Assembly: GCA_002269645.1 (NCBI GenBank)
Contig: NIVC01000038.1
Location: 1,302,001 to 1,366,000 of the forward strand
DNA length: 64,000 nt
Origin: Macrostomum lignano
Taxonomy: Eukaryota
Direction of reading: 5' to 3'
Shown here piece by piece: positions 1 to 12,577 of this stretch; within the stretch, counting starts at the first letter, position 1, and each line of letters begins with the position of its first letter. The notes below the pieces were generated by a model. That model was given only the letters and a program-made list of their open reading frames with translations. It made no database searches and had not been told where the DNA came from. Position numbers and translations under genes: made by a program.

Positions 1-655
1 TCTCCTCCCCTCTCTTCCCCTCTCCTCCCCTCTCCTCCCTCTCCTCCCCTCTCTTCCCCTCTCCTCCCCTCTCTTCCCCTCTCTTTCCCTCTCTTTCCCT
101 CTCCTCCCCTCTCTTCCCCTCTCCTCCCCTCTCTTCCCCTCTCTTTCCCTCTCTTTCCCTCCCCTCCCCTCTCTTCCCCTCTCCTCCCCTCTCTTCCCCT
201 CACTTCCCCTCCCTTTCCCTCTCTTTCCCTCCCCTCCTCTCTCTTCCCCTCTCTTTCCCTCTCTTCCCCTCTCCTCCCCTCTCTTCCCCTCTCCTCCCCT
301 CTCTTCCCCTCTCCTCCCCTCTCTTCCCCTCTCTTTCCCTCTCTTCCCCTCTTCTCCCCTCTCTTCCCCTCTCTTTCCCTCTCTTCCCCTCTCCTCCCCT
401 CTCTTCCCCTCTCTTTCCCTCTCTTTCCCTCTCTTCCCCTCTCTTCCCCTCTCTTCCCCTCTCTTCCCCTTTATTTCCCTCTTTTCCCCTCTCTTCCCCT
501 CTCTTCCCCTCTCTTCCCCTCTCTTCCCCTCTCTTCCCCTCTCCTCCCCTCTCTTCCCCTCTCTTCCCCTCTCTTCCCCTCTCTTCCCCTCTCTTCCCCT
601 CTCCTCCCCTCTCTTCCTTCTCTCTTCCCTTCTTTTCCCCTCCCTTCCCTTCCAT
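1..655. repeat. Polypyrimidine/polypurine ~10-bp repeat (CTCTCTTCCC variants)
   Basis: Directly visible. The 200..655 minus-strand ORF is just its translation. Confidence 0.95.
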
Positions 656-763
656 TTTTCCTATTTCTTTTTCTTAACGCTAGCTATTTCATAGCATAAA
701 AGAACAGAAAGAAAGAATTTCATAGATTTATTCGCCTTTCTCTCTCCGTCTCCCTCCTCCCAG

Positions 764-2713
764 GCCGCTCAGTTCGGGAACTTGCAATGCCTGCACTGGC
801 TACTTGAGCAGGGCGCAGATCCCAACGCTCAGGACGGTGAGACCCAGGCCTGGCTTTATCTAACCCTAATTGCCCTTATCTATCCTAATCTACTCCTTAT
901 TGAAACTACCCGCTATCTACCAAAAATACCCCTATTACCCCAGCCGAGGGCAACACGCCCGGCCACTGGACGAATTTGTCCGGTCAAGCCGAGTGCTTCG
1001 CCTGTTGGTTGCGTCACGGCGGCGACTCCGAGCTGGCGAACCTGATGGCCGAGAACTGTGCCCAGGTGAGTGACGGGTGAGGGAATGGGCTAGCAGAGAA
1101 TGGCTGCCGAATTTGAGGGGAATCAAAACCGGACACTCATTTTGGCGCCATCCGGAATCCAGACACTCGTTGTGGCGCCATCCGGACACTCGTTGTGGTG
1201 CCATCCGGACACTCATTGTGCCGCCATCCGGACACTCATTTAGGCGCCATCCGGACACTCATTGTGGCGCCATCCGGACACTCATTGTGGCGCCATCCGG
1301 ACACTCATTTTGGCGCCATCCGGACACTCATTTTGGCGCCATCCGGACACTCATTGTGGCGCTATCTGGACACTCATTGTGCCGCCATCCGGACACTCAT
1401 TGTGGCGCCATCCGGACACGTGGCGCCATCCGGACACTTATTGTGGCGCCATCCGGACACTCATTGTGGCGCCATCCGAACACTCATTGTGGCGCCATCC
1501 GGACACTCATTGTGGCGCTATCTGGACACTCATTGTGGTGCCATCCGGACACTCATTGTGCCGCCATCCGGACACTTCTTTAGGCGCCATCCGGACACTC
1601 ATTGTGGCGCCATCCGGACACTCATTGTGGCGCCATCCGGACACTCATTTTGGCGCCATCCGGACACTCATTTTGGCGCCATCCGGACACTCATTGTGGC
1701 GCTATCTGGACACTCATTGTGCCGCCATCCGGACACTCATTGTGGCGCCATCCGGACACGTGGCGCCATCCGGACACTTATTGTGGCGCCATCCGGACAC
1801 TCATTGTGGCGCCATCCGAACACTCATTGTGGCGCCATCCGGACACTCATTGTGGCGCTATCTGGACACTCATTGTGCCGCCATCCGGACACTCATTGTG
1901 GCGCCATCCGGACACGTGGCGCCATCCGGACACTTATTGTGGCGCCATCCGGACACTTATTGAGGCGCCATCCGGACACTCATTGTGGCGCCATTCGGAC
2001 ACTCATTGTGGCGCCATCCGGACACTCTTGTGGCGCTATCCGGACACTCATTGTGCCGCCATCAGGACACTCATTTTGGCGCCATCCGGACACTCATTTT
2101 GGCGCCATCCGATCCGGACACTTATTGTGGCGCCATCCGGACACTCATTGTGGCGCTATCCGGATGCTCATTTTGCCGCTATCCGGACACTCATTGTGGC
2201 GCCATCCGGACACTCATTGTGGCGCTATCCGGACACTCATTGTGGTGCCATCCGGACACTCTTTGTGGCGCTATCCGGACACTCATTGTGGCGCTATCCG
2301 GACACTCATTGTGGCGCTATCCGGACACTCATTGTGGCGCCATCCGGATACTCATTTTAGCGCCATCCGGACACTCATTTTGTCAGCTAGACTTATTATC
2401 GAAACTTTGCTCTCCTCAGGCCGCAAGGCGCGCCGGCCACCCGGTTCTCATGGCAACGGTTGTCAAGCAACCTACCGACAACGCCGCCAAGTCTCCTTCG
2501 TGCCCGCTGTGCGTTGAGAAGGACCGCAAGTGGAAATGGGAGCAGGCGCACCAGTCGGCGCCGGTGCTGCGCGCCATGGGCGCCAGCGCGCGCCGCGTGT
2601 ACACAGACCCGCTGGGCGACTATCGCGCCAATTTGAATCGGCGCAGTCAGGACTCGCGCGGACTCAGGTCGGCAGGCGCCCAGGCGCCACCGCTCAAGCC
2701 GCGACTTCGCTGA
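764..2713 (+). CDS. Ankyrin-repeat protein, 3' exons only (5' end not identified)
   Basis: Exons 764-836, 944-1065 and 2420-2713 have AG/GT boundaries and compatible phases. The spliced product AAQFGNLQCLHWLLEQGADPNAQD-AEGNTPGHWTNLSGQAECFACWLRHGGDSELANLMAENCAQ-AARRAGHPVL... matches the ankyrin consensus (GADPNAQD..GNTP.H). Confidence 0.75.
1130..2380. repeat. 23-bp minisatellite (CATTGTGGCGCCATCCGGACACT) filling an intron of the ankyrin gene
   Basis: Directly visible tandem array between donor 1066 and acceptor 2419. Confidence 0.95.
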
Positions 2714-2829
2714 ATCTCCGGACTTATATTGGGGATTTTTGTGCGATTTTGGGATTCTCGGGATTGGGATAATAGAGTCTTGGTATAGGGGAGATTGAGA
2801 TTGAGATTGAGAGGCTTAGAGACATTAGG

Positions 2830-3310
2830 ATTAGAAATTTTAGGATCTTGAGATTTTATGATTTTGGGAATTTTTTTGATTTCGGGAATTTTGGGGAGTT
2901 TGGGGATTTTTGAGATTTGGGGATTTTCGGGATTTTTGGATTTTTGGATTTTTGGATTTTTGGGATTTTTGGATTCCGGTAATTTTGAGATTTTAGGGAT
3001 TTTGTGGATTTCTCGATTTTGGGGATCACAGGGATTTTAAGGGCCATGTGGATTTTCGGTGTTTTAGGATTCGAGGGATTTTAGGGATGTTGAGATTTTA
3101 GGGACTTCCGGGATTTTAGATGTTGGGGATTTTGGGATTTTTTGGATTTTGGGATTTTGGGATTTTTTGGATTTTGGGATTTTGGAAATTTCGGGATTTT
3201 ACGGGTTCTTTTATTTTGGGTATTTTAAGATGTTGGGATGTTGGGGATGTTAGGGATTTCGGAAGTTGTTCGGGGATTTTAGTAATATTATTATTTCGGG
3301 AATTTGGGAT
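2830..3310. repeat. Degenerate GGGATTTT low-complexity repeat
   Basis: Directly visible. Confidence 0.8.
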
Positions 3311-3742
3311 CGAGGAAAGGATGACTGACTCCAGATACATGTACCAAAGAAGCTGTTGTGTTCAAAACTCTGGGATTTGGACTATTTTTTCTGCACCACC
3401 AATATGTGGTGACTCACCTGTAGCTTATATTACTCGTCAAGTATTTCAAAACGTCAATCACAATATTTTATTTTTTTAATTCATCTGCTCTTTTTTTTTA
3501 ATTTAAATTTAAATTGTAGTAAAATCTCACGGCGAAATATAATACTCGTATAAACAAAAATTTTGTTTTATAAACTAATTGAAGTTTAAAAACTTTGTTT
3601 GTACACAATTTTTTATTTAAAAATAAATTAAGAAAAAATAATTTCAAATTTTCTTCTCATGCTGTTCAAGTCTCGACAGACACTTGGATTTTGACAATTA
3701 CTCGCATTACCGTTTAGAATTCAATTACGACATATTTCATCG

Positions 3743-4481
3743 CAGGGGCGTCGCCACGGATTTTATGGTGGGGGGACAAAGCCAAGAATTCTAGATGTAC
3801 ATGTACATGACGAAATTCCTACATGTACATTTTTTCAGAATTGGTGTTGTCAGCACTCATTTTAGCACTGCAGGCACTCATTTTAGCACTGCAGGCACTC
3901 ATTTTAGCGCCGCAGGCACTCATTTTAGCGCCGCAGGCACTCGTTTCAGCGCCGCAGGCACTCATTTCAGCGCCGCAGGCACTCATTTCAGCGCCGCAGG
4001 CACTCATTTCAGCGCCGCGGGCACTCATTTCAGCGCCGCAGGCACTCATTTTAGCGCTGCAGGCACTCATTTTAGCGCTGCAGGCACTCATTTTAGCGCT
4101 GCAGGCACTCATTTCAGCGCCGCAGGCACTCATTTCAGCGCCGCAGGCACTCATTTTAGCGCCGCAGGCACACATTTTAGCGCCGCAGGCACCATTTTAG
4201 CGCCGCAGGCACACATTTCAGCACCACAGGCACTCATTTTAGCACCGCAGGCACTCATTTTAGCACCGCAGGCACTCATTTTAGCGCCGCAGGCACACAT
4301 TTTAGCGCCGCAGGCACCATTTTAGCGCTGCAGTCGCTATTTTATCACCATGCAGCAAAAATTATTGATTTTCACAACGGGCCACAAGGTGGGGGTGGGG
4401 GGACAAAGCATTGGTATGTCCCCCCCAGATCTTTTACTGGAGAGGACATGTCCCCCTGTCCCCCCGTTGGCGACGCCCCTG
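3743..4481. mobile_element. Non-autonomous hAT-type DNA transposon (MITE) with internal 21-bp VNTR
   Basis: 14-bp perfect TIRs CAGGGGCGTCGCCA...TGGCGACGCCCCTG. Identical 8-bp flanks TTTCATCG at 3735-3742 and 4482-4489; an 8-bp TSD is typical of hAT. Internal GCACTCATTTTAGCGCCGCAG array at ~3850-4330. Confidence 0.9.
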
Positions 4482-5099
4482 TTTCATCGAGACTGTTTCT
4501 AAAAAGTACTGAGTGTCACGTGCTATTACAACATTATAATGTACGAGCTATTTTAAAGCCAAGACTTATTTTATTGGCTCTAAACACCCAGATTAAATCC
4601 TTCAACCGCGCCTTTCCAGACTTTCCACACTTACCCCCCCCTGCCCCCGCCCGCCCCAAATTTTATTGCCTTTCTCGGAATTCCAGCCTAAAACCGCCAT
4701 GTACATTTCAGTGGACTGGCTAATGTACATTATTGCTGAACCAATTAGCAAGTTTGTGTTTACGCCTGCAAGCTTGGGGCTTCAAAGCTTATCAAAGTCA
4801 TTTCAGCTGCCTTTTTATGAGCTAGTAAACACAATAAAAATGGATGGGCCTTCACGTTTTTTCTGAATGTATTGATGAATTCCATTCCCTTTTCTAGTTG
4901 TCCTTAGCTTTTTATTGAGAAATTTTTAATTAAGAGGAATTAGTTTCTTCTTGAGTGCCATAATTTGTTGAAAGGCCACTCTGTCGCCACTTGCCAGTCA
5001 ATCATGTGAAGATGTTTTTTTTATTTCAAATTTTCGGAAAAAAATTGAAAAAATGTATATTGAAACAATCGTTCGGGTGCTCGGGTCATGGTCAGCCCT

Positions 5100-5945
5100 A
5101 TCACTCCACTGATTCCCGGTCACTCCACTGTTTATCGGTCACTCCATTGTCACTCCACTGTTTCCCAGTCACTCCATTGTCACTCCACTGATTCCCGGTC
5201 ACTCCACTGTTTATCGGTAACTCCATTGTCGCCCCACTGTTTCCCGGCCACTCCATTGTCACTCCACTGATTCCCGGTAACTCCATTGTCACTCCACTGA
5301 TTCCCGGTAACTCCATTGTCGCTCCACTGATTCCCGGTCACTCCATTGTCACTCCACTGATTCCCGGTAACTCCATTGTCGCTCCACTGATTCCCGGTCA
5401 CTCCATTGTCACTCCACTGATTCCCGGTCACTCCATTGTCACTCCACTGATTCCCGGTCACTCCATTGTCACTCCACTGATTCCAGGTAACTCCATTGTC
5501 ACTCCACTGATTCCCGGTAACTCCATTGTCACTCCACTGATTCCCGGTAACTCCATTGTCGCTCCACTGATTCCCGGTCACTCCATTGTCACTCCACTGA
5601 TTCCCGGTCACTCCATTGTCACTCCACTGATTCCCGGTAACTCCATTGTCACTCCACTGATTCCCGGTAACTCCATTGTCACTCCACTGATTCCCGGTAA
5701 CTCCATTGTCGCTCCACTGATTCCCGGTAACTCCATTGTCGCTCCACTGATTCCCGGTAACTCCATTGTCACTCCACTGATTCCCGGTCACTCCATTGTC
5801 ACTCCACTGATTCCTGGTCACTCCATTGTCACTCCACTGATTCCCGGTCACTCCACTGTTTATCAGTCACTCCATTGTCACTCCATTGTCTACCGGTCAC
5901 TCCACTGGCACTCCACTGTTTCCCTGTCACTCAATATCAACTCCA
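5100..5945. repeat. 30-bp minisatellite (CACTCCATTGTCACTCCACTGATTCCCGGT)
   Basis: Directly visible. Confidence 0.95.
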
Positions 5946-6502
5946 CACTGTTTCCATGTCACTCCGAAATCTTGCCATTGACAATCGTCGCAGCATGCAG
6001 ATTGAATATGGTGGGTAGTGTATGATAGTATTAAATGGAGCGCTCGACTTCTTAAATTAAAAAACGCATAGAACTTTAACCAGTAGTATACTTAAAACAG
6101 TATATTTAGAAAATAATAATTGTCAGACTTAATCTTTTGTTTAGGCTCGCTTATATACACGATTAATCTTCAACTTTCTCCTCATTTCGCTGACGATTTT
6201 ACAGCGAACCGTTGACCACTGATCGACAAACAAAAACTAAAAAAACACAGCAGAAAGTTTTATACAACTTAAACCACTAGCTTTTGGCTGATGCCGACTG
6301 TACACATTTAATAGTACTAACTAATTTAATAGTCTAGGGCAGCGATGGGATGCAGCTCGCACTGCTGCAACGGGATTGCAGGGTGGAAGAGTTTGGCTTG
6401 AGAGCTCGATATTCTCTAAGCACTAGCAAATAACTCAGTAGCAACTGAATTCAGAAATCTGCAGCATTCCGTTAAGCAGGCTGTAAAAAACAGGAAAGTA
6501 AA

Positions 6503-8796
6503 ATGCGAGCCCGACTCCGCACGGTGACCGGTGCCGCCCAGGAGGTGGCTGGCATCACGAGAACCCACGGCTTGCTGCACATCTTTCTGTCCAGAAGCAC
6601 AGCTCGACGGATCTTCTGGCTGCTTCTGTTCGTAGCTGCGCTGATCGGCTGCACCGTCCACCTGGCAAAGTTGGTGCAGAAGTTCACCGAGCGCTCCGTT
6701 GAGTCGCGGCTGAAGCTGAGGAGCGAACGAGCTCAGTTTCCCGACATCACAATCTGCAACTTCAAGCCCGCTTCTACTGGCTTAATGGAGGGTTTTTTTT
6801 TGAACGATACATGGAAATCTTCTGGGGCAACTTCACCAACTGGTTCCAGGAGGACACCAAGAAGCGCCCGCAAGAATCAGAGGAAGGCTACGAAAATCGA
6901 CTTGAGAAGGTGTGTAAGAAGCTCCTGGACGTGATGTGGGTGTCGGGCGACACCAGAGACGTCTCCCACCTCGATAAGACCATGCTGCTGAGCTGCCGCT
7001 ACAACAACGAGCCCTGCAGTCACAAGAACTTCTCGCTTGTCCAGACCAGCCGGTTCTGGAGCTGCTACACGTTCCACCCGGACCCGGGGCAGTCGTCCAG
7101 CGGTCCTGGGGGCAGGGGAGCCGAGCTCGACATGGTGCTCTTCACCGACGGATACCACAAAGTTTCTATGGAAGACAATTTAAACGAAAACGACTTAGAA
7201 TATTTGTCCCAATCTTGCTCTACTCGCCTATTTAAATGCAGCAATGATGTCAACCGGCTGCTGCAGAACAACGAGCTCCAGTCCACTGGATTGCGCGTTT
7301 TCGTTCACGAGGCGAAAAGCTACCCGATGAGTCGTACGTAATTTTTGCTTTGCTACCTGCAAGTTTACGAGTATTATTCTAACAGTAAAAAAGCAGACCG
7401 CAAGCAGCAGCAAAGGTTGGTCTCATTTGCAGAGCCTAACCCAGTTGCTTGTCGTAATTATGTAATATTATTTATTTCTATTTTAGGATAGAGTCTGAAA
7501 CAATTTTTATGTTACGGTTAAGAACTCTTCGTTCCAAACCAGTCTCATAGCCCATGCCAAACCCATGCCAAACCAGTCTCACAACCCATGCCAAACCAGT
7601 CTCACAGCCCATGCCAAACCAGTCTCACAGCCCATGCCAAACCCATGCCAAACCAGTCTCACAGCCCATGCCAAACCCATGCCAAACCGCAGAGACCGAG
7701 TTCGTGGACGTGGCCTCAGCCACCAGCACCTCCATCAAACTCAGGCCGGTCCACAACCGACTCATGTCGAAGCCCAGCCGCAGATGCTCCGAGCCTCCAA
7801 TCGAAACCATCAACTATGTCAGGCACTTCTCCAACGCCTCGCTGAACGTGGTCACCAAGGCCTACTCAAAGTCCGTCTCCGATTTCGTAGTCGAGGCACA
7901 GCAGAGCATCCTGCACAGCAACTGCGGCTGCTATTCGCACCTGCTCCCGTTCTCGGTGAATACGAGCGACCTGTGCTACTTCGCTCCACCGCAGGAGTGG
8001 ATCACCCCATCGGATGCTGTGCTCAAGAGAATTGACTGCCATGATCACTGGTTTGAGCACGCACAGAGGCAAAGCCAAGAGCTGGCGAAGGAGTTCCAAC
8101 ACCGGATGTGGTGCCAGTTCACTCAGCAACGGCCTTGGCAGCAGAGCCGCAGGTGGCCCCCGTTCAGCGCCATTCAAGAGATCTGGGAGAACCTGATGGT
8201 GCCGCAAGTCAGACATGGAGTCGAGTTCCTGCCCGAGGATGGCAAAGTGCATCATATCTATAGGAATAATACAGGTAACTATACCAGACAGGTATTGCAA
8301 CTAATACTGCTGGGACTTGTAGAAAAGTGCGACAGAAAAGGAATAAGTTTAAAAGATTTGGTTATGTCGAGTACGATTTGCGTTAAGCGTGACGAATTGG
8401 CCAAAAACCTGGCAGCAGTCCGCATCAGCTTGCAGAATCCTGCAGCGGACGTCTACGAAGAGAAGTACAAATACCACTGGACCGAGGCCCTGTCGGAGGT
8501 GAGAGTTGCATTCCGGTTGCAATATTCCCGCATTTGAGGCTGTTGCTCAGACCAAATTGCATGCTCATTTAAAATCGGCCCCAGCAACTTTGTCTCGCTC
8601 TGGTTGCTATAGAGATACTGAGCTGCGCTGTACCAATTTTCAATTTTTTCTCGATATTCCGCAGGTCGGAGGAACTCTGGGACTCTGGCTCGGCATCAGC
8701 GTCGTGAGCACATTTGAGCTGCTTGAGTTCATCTATATTCTGGTGCAGAGGTGCAGGAGAAATGATGACGACTCGGACACTGAAGAAGAGTCCTGA
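6503..8796 (+). CDS. DEG/ENaC family sodium channel (FaNaC-like), paralog 1; has a 1-nt frameshift in a T run
   Basis: Exons 6503-7333, 7693-8498 and 8665-8796. Motifs: N-terminal THG, TM1, FPDITICN, SCRYNNEPC, CYTF, Cys-rich thumb, and GGTLGLWLGISVVSTFE (TM2, G-x-S belt). One T is missing in the T9 run at 6793-6801; restoring it gives ~589 aa colinear with paralogs 2 and 3. Confidence 0.9.
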
Positions 8797-8897
8797 GTTC
8801 GAACCGGCAGCTCTCTGCATAGCGATTTGGATCGGTCACTGGGTTCAGTTTCAATGGCTGCTTCTTTATCACAGGCACAGCAAAAAAATACAAGAAA

Positions 8898-11242
8898 ATC
8901 CCTGTAATTTACTGTCACTGCATGATAAATCTCTGTAATTTACTGTCACAGCATGACAAATCCCTGTAATTTACTGTCACAGAAGGATAAATCTCTGTAA
9001 TTTACTGTCACAGCATGATCAATCCCTGTAATTTACTGTCACAGCCTGATCAATCTCTGTAATTTACTGTCACAGAAGGATAAATCTCTGTAATTTACTG
9101 TCACAGAAGGATAAATCTCTGTAATTTACTGCCACAGCATGATCAATCTCTGTAATTTACTGTCACAGCATGATCAATCTCTGTAATTTACTGTCACAGC
9201 ATGATCAATCTCTGTATTTACTGCCACAGCATGATCAATCTCTGTAATTTACTGCCACAGCATGATCAATCTCTGTAATTTACTGTCACAGAAGGATAAA
9301 TCTCTGTAATTTACTGTCACAGCATGATCAATCTCTGTATTTACTGTCACAGAAGGATAAATCTCTGTAATTTACTGTCACAGAAGGATAAATCCCTGTA
9401 ATTTACTGTCACAGAAGGATAAATCTCTGTAATTTACTGTCACAGCATGATCAATCCCTGTAATTTACTGTCACAGCATGATCAATCTCTGTAATTACTG
9501 CCACAGCATGATCAATCTCTGTAATTTACTGTCACAGCATGATCAATCTCTGTAATTACTGCCACAGCATGATCAATCTCTGTAATTTACTGTCACAGCA
9601 TGATCAATCTCTGTAATTACTGCCACAGCATGATCAATCTCTGTAATTTACTGTCACAGAAGGATAAATCCCTGTAATTTACTGTCACAGAAGGATAAAT
9701 CTCTGTAATTTACTGTCACAGCATGATCAATCCCTGTAATTTACTGTCACAGCCTGATCAATCTCTGTAATTACTGCCACAGCATGATCAATCTCTGTAA
9801 TTTACTGTCACAGAAGGATAAATCTCTGTAATTTACTGTCACAGCTTGATCAATCCCTGTAATTTACTGTCACAGCCTGATCAATCTCTGTAATTTACTG
9901 TCACAGAAGGATAAATCTCTGTAATTTACTGCCACAGCATGATCAATCTCTGTAATTTACTGTCACAGAAGGATAAATCTCTGTAATTTACTGCCACAGC
10001 ATGATCAATCTCTGTAATTTACTGCCACAGCATGATCAATCTCTGTAATTTACTGTCACAGAAGGATAAATCTCTGTAATTTACTGTCACAGAAGGATAA
10101 ATCTCTGTAATTTACTGTCACAGAAGGATAAATCTCTGTAATTTACTGCCACAGCATGATCAATCTCTGTAATTTACTGTCACAGCATGATCAATCTCTG
10201 TAATTTACTGTCACAGCCTGATCAATCTCTGTAATTTACTGCCACAGCATGATCAATCTCTGTAATTTACTGCCACAGCATGATCAATCTCTGTAATTTA
10301 CTGCCACAGCATGATCAATCTCTGTAATTTACTGCCACAGCATGATCAATCTCTGTAATTTACTGCCACAGCATGATCAATCTCTGTAATTTACTGCCAC
10401 AGCATGATCAATCTCTGTAATTTACTGCCACAGCATGATCAATCTCTGTAATTTACTGTCACAGAAGGATAAATCTCTGTAATTTACTGTCACAGCATGA
10501 TCAATCTCTGTATTTACTGTCACAGAAGGATAAATCCCTGTAATTTACTGTCACAGCATGATCAATCTCTGTAATTTACTGCCACAGCATGATCAATCTC
10601 TGTAATTTACTGTCACAGCATGATCAATCTCTGTAATTTACTGTCACAGCATGATCAATCTCTGTATTTTACTGTCACAGCATGATCAATCTCTGTAATT
10701 TACTGTCACAGCATGATCAATCTCTGTAATTTACTGTCACAGCATGATCAATCTCTGTATTTTACTGTCACAGCATGATCAATCTCTGTAATTTACTGCC
10801 ACAGCATGATCAATCTCTGTATTTTACTGTCACAGCATGATCAATCTCTGTAATTTACTGCCACAGCATGATCAATCTCTGTAATTTACTGCCACAGCAT
10901 GATCAATCTCTGTAATTTACTGTCACAGCATGATCAATCTCTGTAATTTACTGTCACAGCATGATCAATCTCTGTATTTTACTGTCACAGCATGATCAAT
11001 CTCTGTAATTTACTGTCACAGCATGATCAATCTCTGTAATTTAGTGTCACAGCATGATCAATCTCTGTATTTTACTGTCACAGCATGATCAATCTCTGTA
11101 ATTTACTGCCACAGCATGATCAATCTCTGTATTTTACTGTCACAGCATGATCAATCTCTGTAATTTACTGCCACAGCATGATCAATCTCTGTAATTTACT
11201 GCCACAGCATGATCAATCTCTGTATTTTACTGTCACAGCATG
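8898..11242. repeat. ~31-bp minisatellite (CTCTGTAATTTACTGTCACAGCATGATCAAT, with an AAGGATAAAT variant)
   Basis: Directly visible, immediately 3' of channel paralog 1. Confidence 0.95.
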
Positions 11243-11544
11243 ACAGTGTCTTCAATATGGGATTCAGTTTTTCGAATATTAACAAGTGCGCAATTTGTTT
11301 GACCTTTTATGTACCTAAAAACTACGAACCAATGTGTTCCTATCGCCAAAATACACCAACTCACAGCTAAATACTTTTCCTACATCCTTTGTTTTGAATA
11401 TTTAAAAATTTATCTTTGTCAAAATTCTTTTGCTGGATTTAGTACACCATTTTGTTTTACAATTTTTAACAAATTCGACATAAATTCAAACTGCATAAGC
11501 GTGTTACAGTGGGTTACTTAATTGTCAGCTTGACCCTCAATTGA

Positions 11545-12140
11545 CCCTCGATCCGCTGTGTCTGACCCCCAATCAACTGTGTCTGACCCTCCACCCGCTG
11601 TGTCTGACACCCAATCCGCTGTGTCTGACCCTCAATCCACTGTGTCTGACCCTCCACCCGCTGTGTCTGACACCCAATCTGCTGTGTCTGACACCCAATC
11701 CGCTGTGTCTGACCCTCAATCCACTGTGTCTGACCCTCCACCCGCTGTGTCTGACACCCAATCCGCTGTGTCTGACACCCAATCCGCTGTGTCTGACCCT
11801 CAATCCACTGTGTCTGACCCTCCACCCGCTGTGTCTGACACCCAATCAACTGTGTCTGACCCTCCACCCGCTGTGTCTGACCCCCAATCCGCTGTGTCTG
11901 ACCCCCAATCCACTGTGTCTGACCCCCAATCCGCTGTCTGACCCCAATCCGCTGTCTGACCCCCAATCCGCTGTGTCTGACCCCCAATCCGCTGTGTCTG
12001 ACCCCCAATCCGCTGTGTCTGACCCCCAATCCGCTGTGTCTGACCCCCAATCAACTGTGTCTGACCCTCCACCCGCTGTGTCTGACCCTCAATCCGCTGT
12101 CTGACCCTCCACCCGCTGTGTCTGACCCTCCACCCGCTGT
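11545..12140. repeat. 21-bp minisatellite (GCTGTGTCTGACCCTCAATCC)
   Basis: Directly visible; reverse complement of the 16.5-19.1 kb array. Confidence 0.95.
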
Positions 12141-12577
12141 TTCTGAACTTCAACCCAGCAACAACACCTCGTGATCACTAAAGCGACACTTAAAAGTTCT
12201 ATGGCTAAATAAGATGTTTTTTTAGGTAAAAAATGTTAGAAATTAATTTAATCCATCTCATCTGAGATCAGTGGGAAACTAGATAATGCCATCAATTGCC
12301 ACTTAGGCAATAGGCAAATTTGACACTCACAAATTTATGCACATCTTGAATTGGTGCGTTGTTGGGAAATGAAACGAAATAAATGGTGGGTTCAAGTGCA
12401 TGGTTTTCAATCAGTCAATCAATCACCATTCAAGTTTAGGAAAATTGGATCAAGAGCACTCAATCAGAGGTTTCATGACGATTTTCAATTTATCGCTAAT
12501 GCAAAAACACGCCAAATATTCAAATAAGTATGTAGCATAGAGCCGCTCTTCAAACTCCAAATCTTCACCGCATCGAG

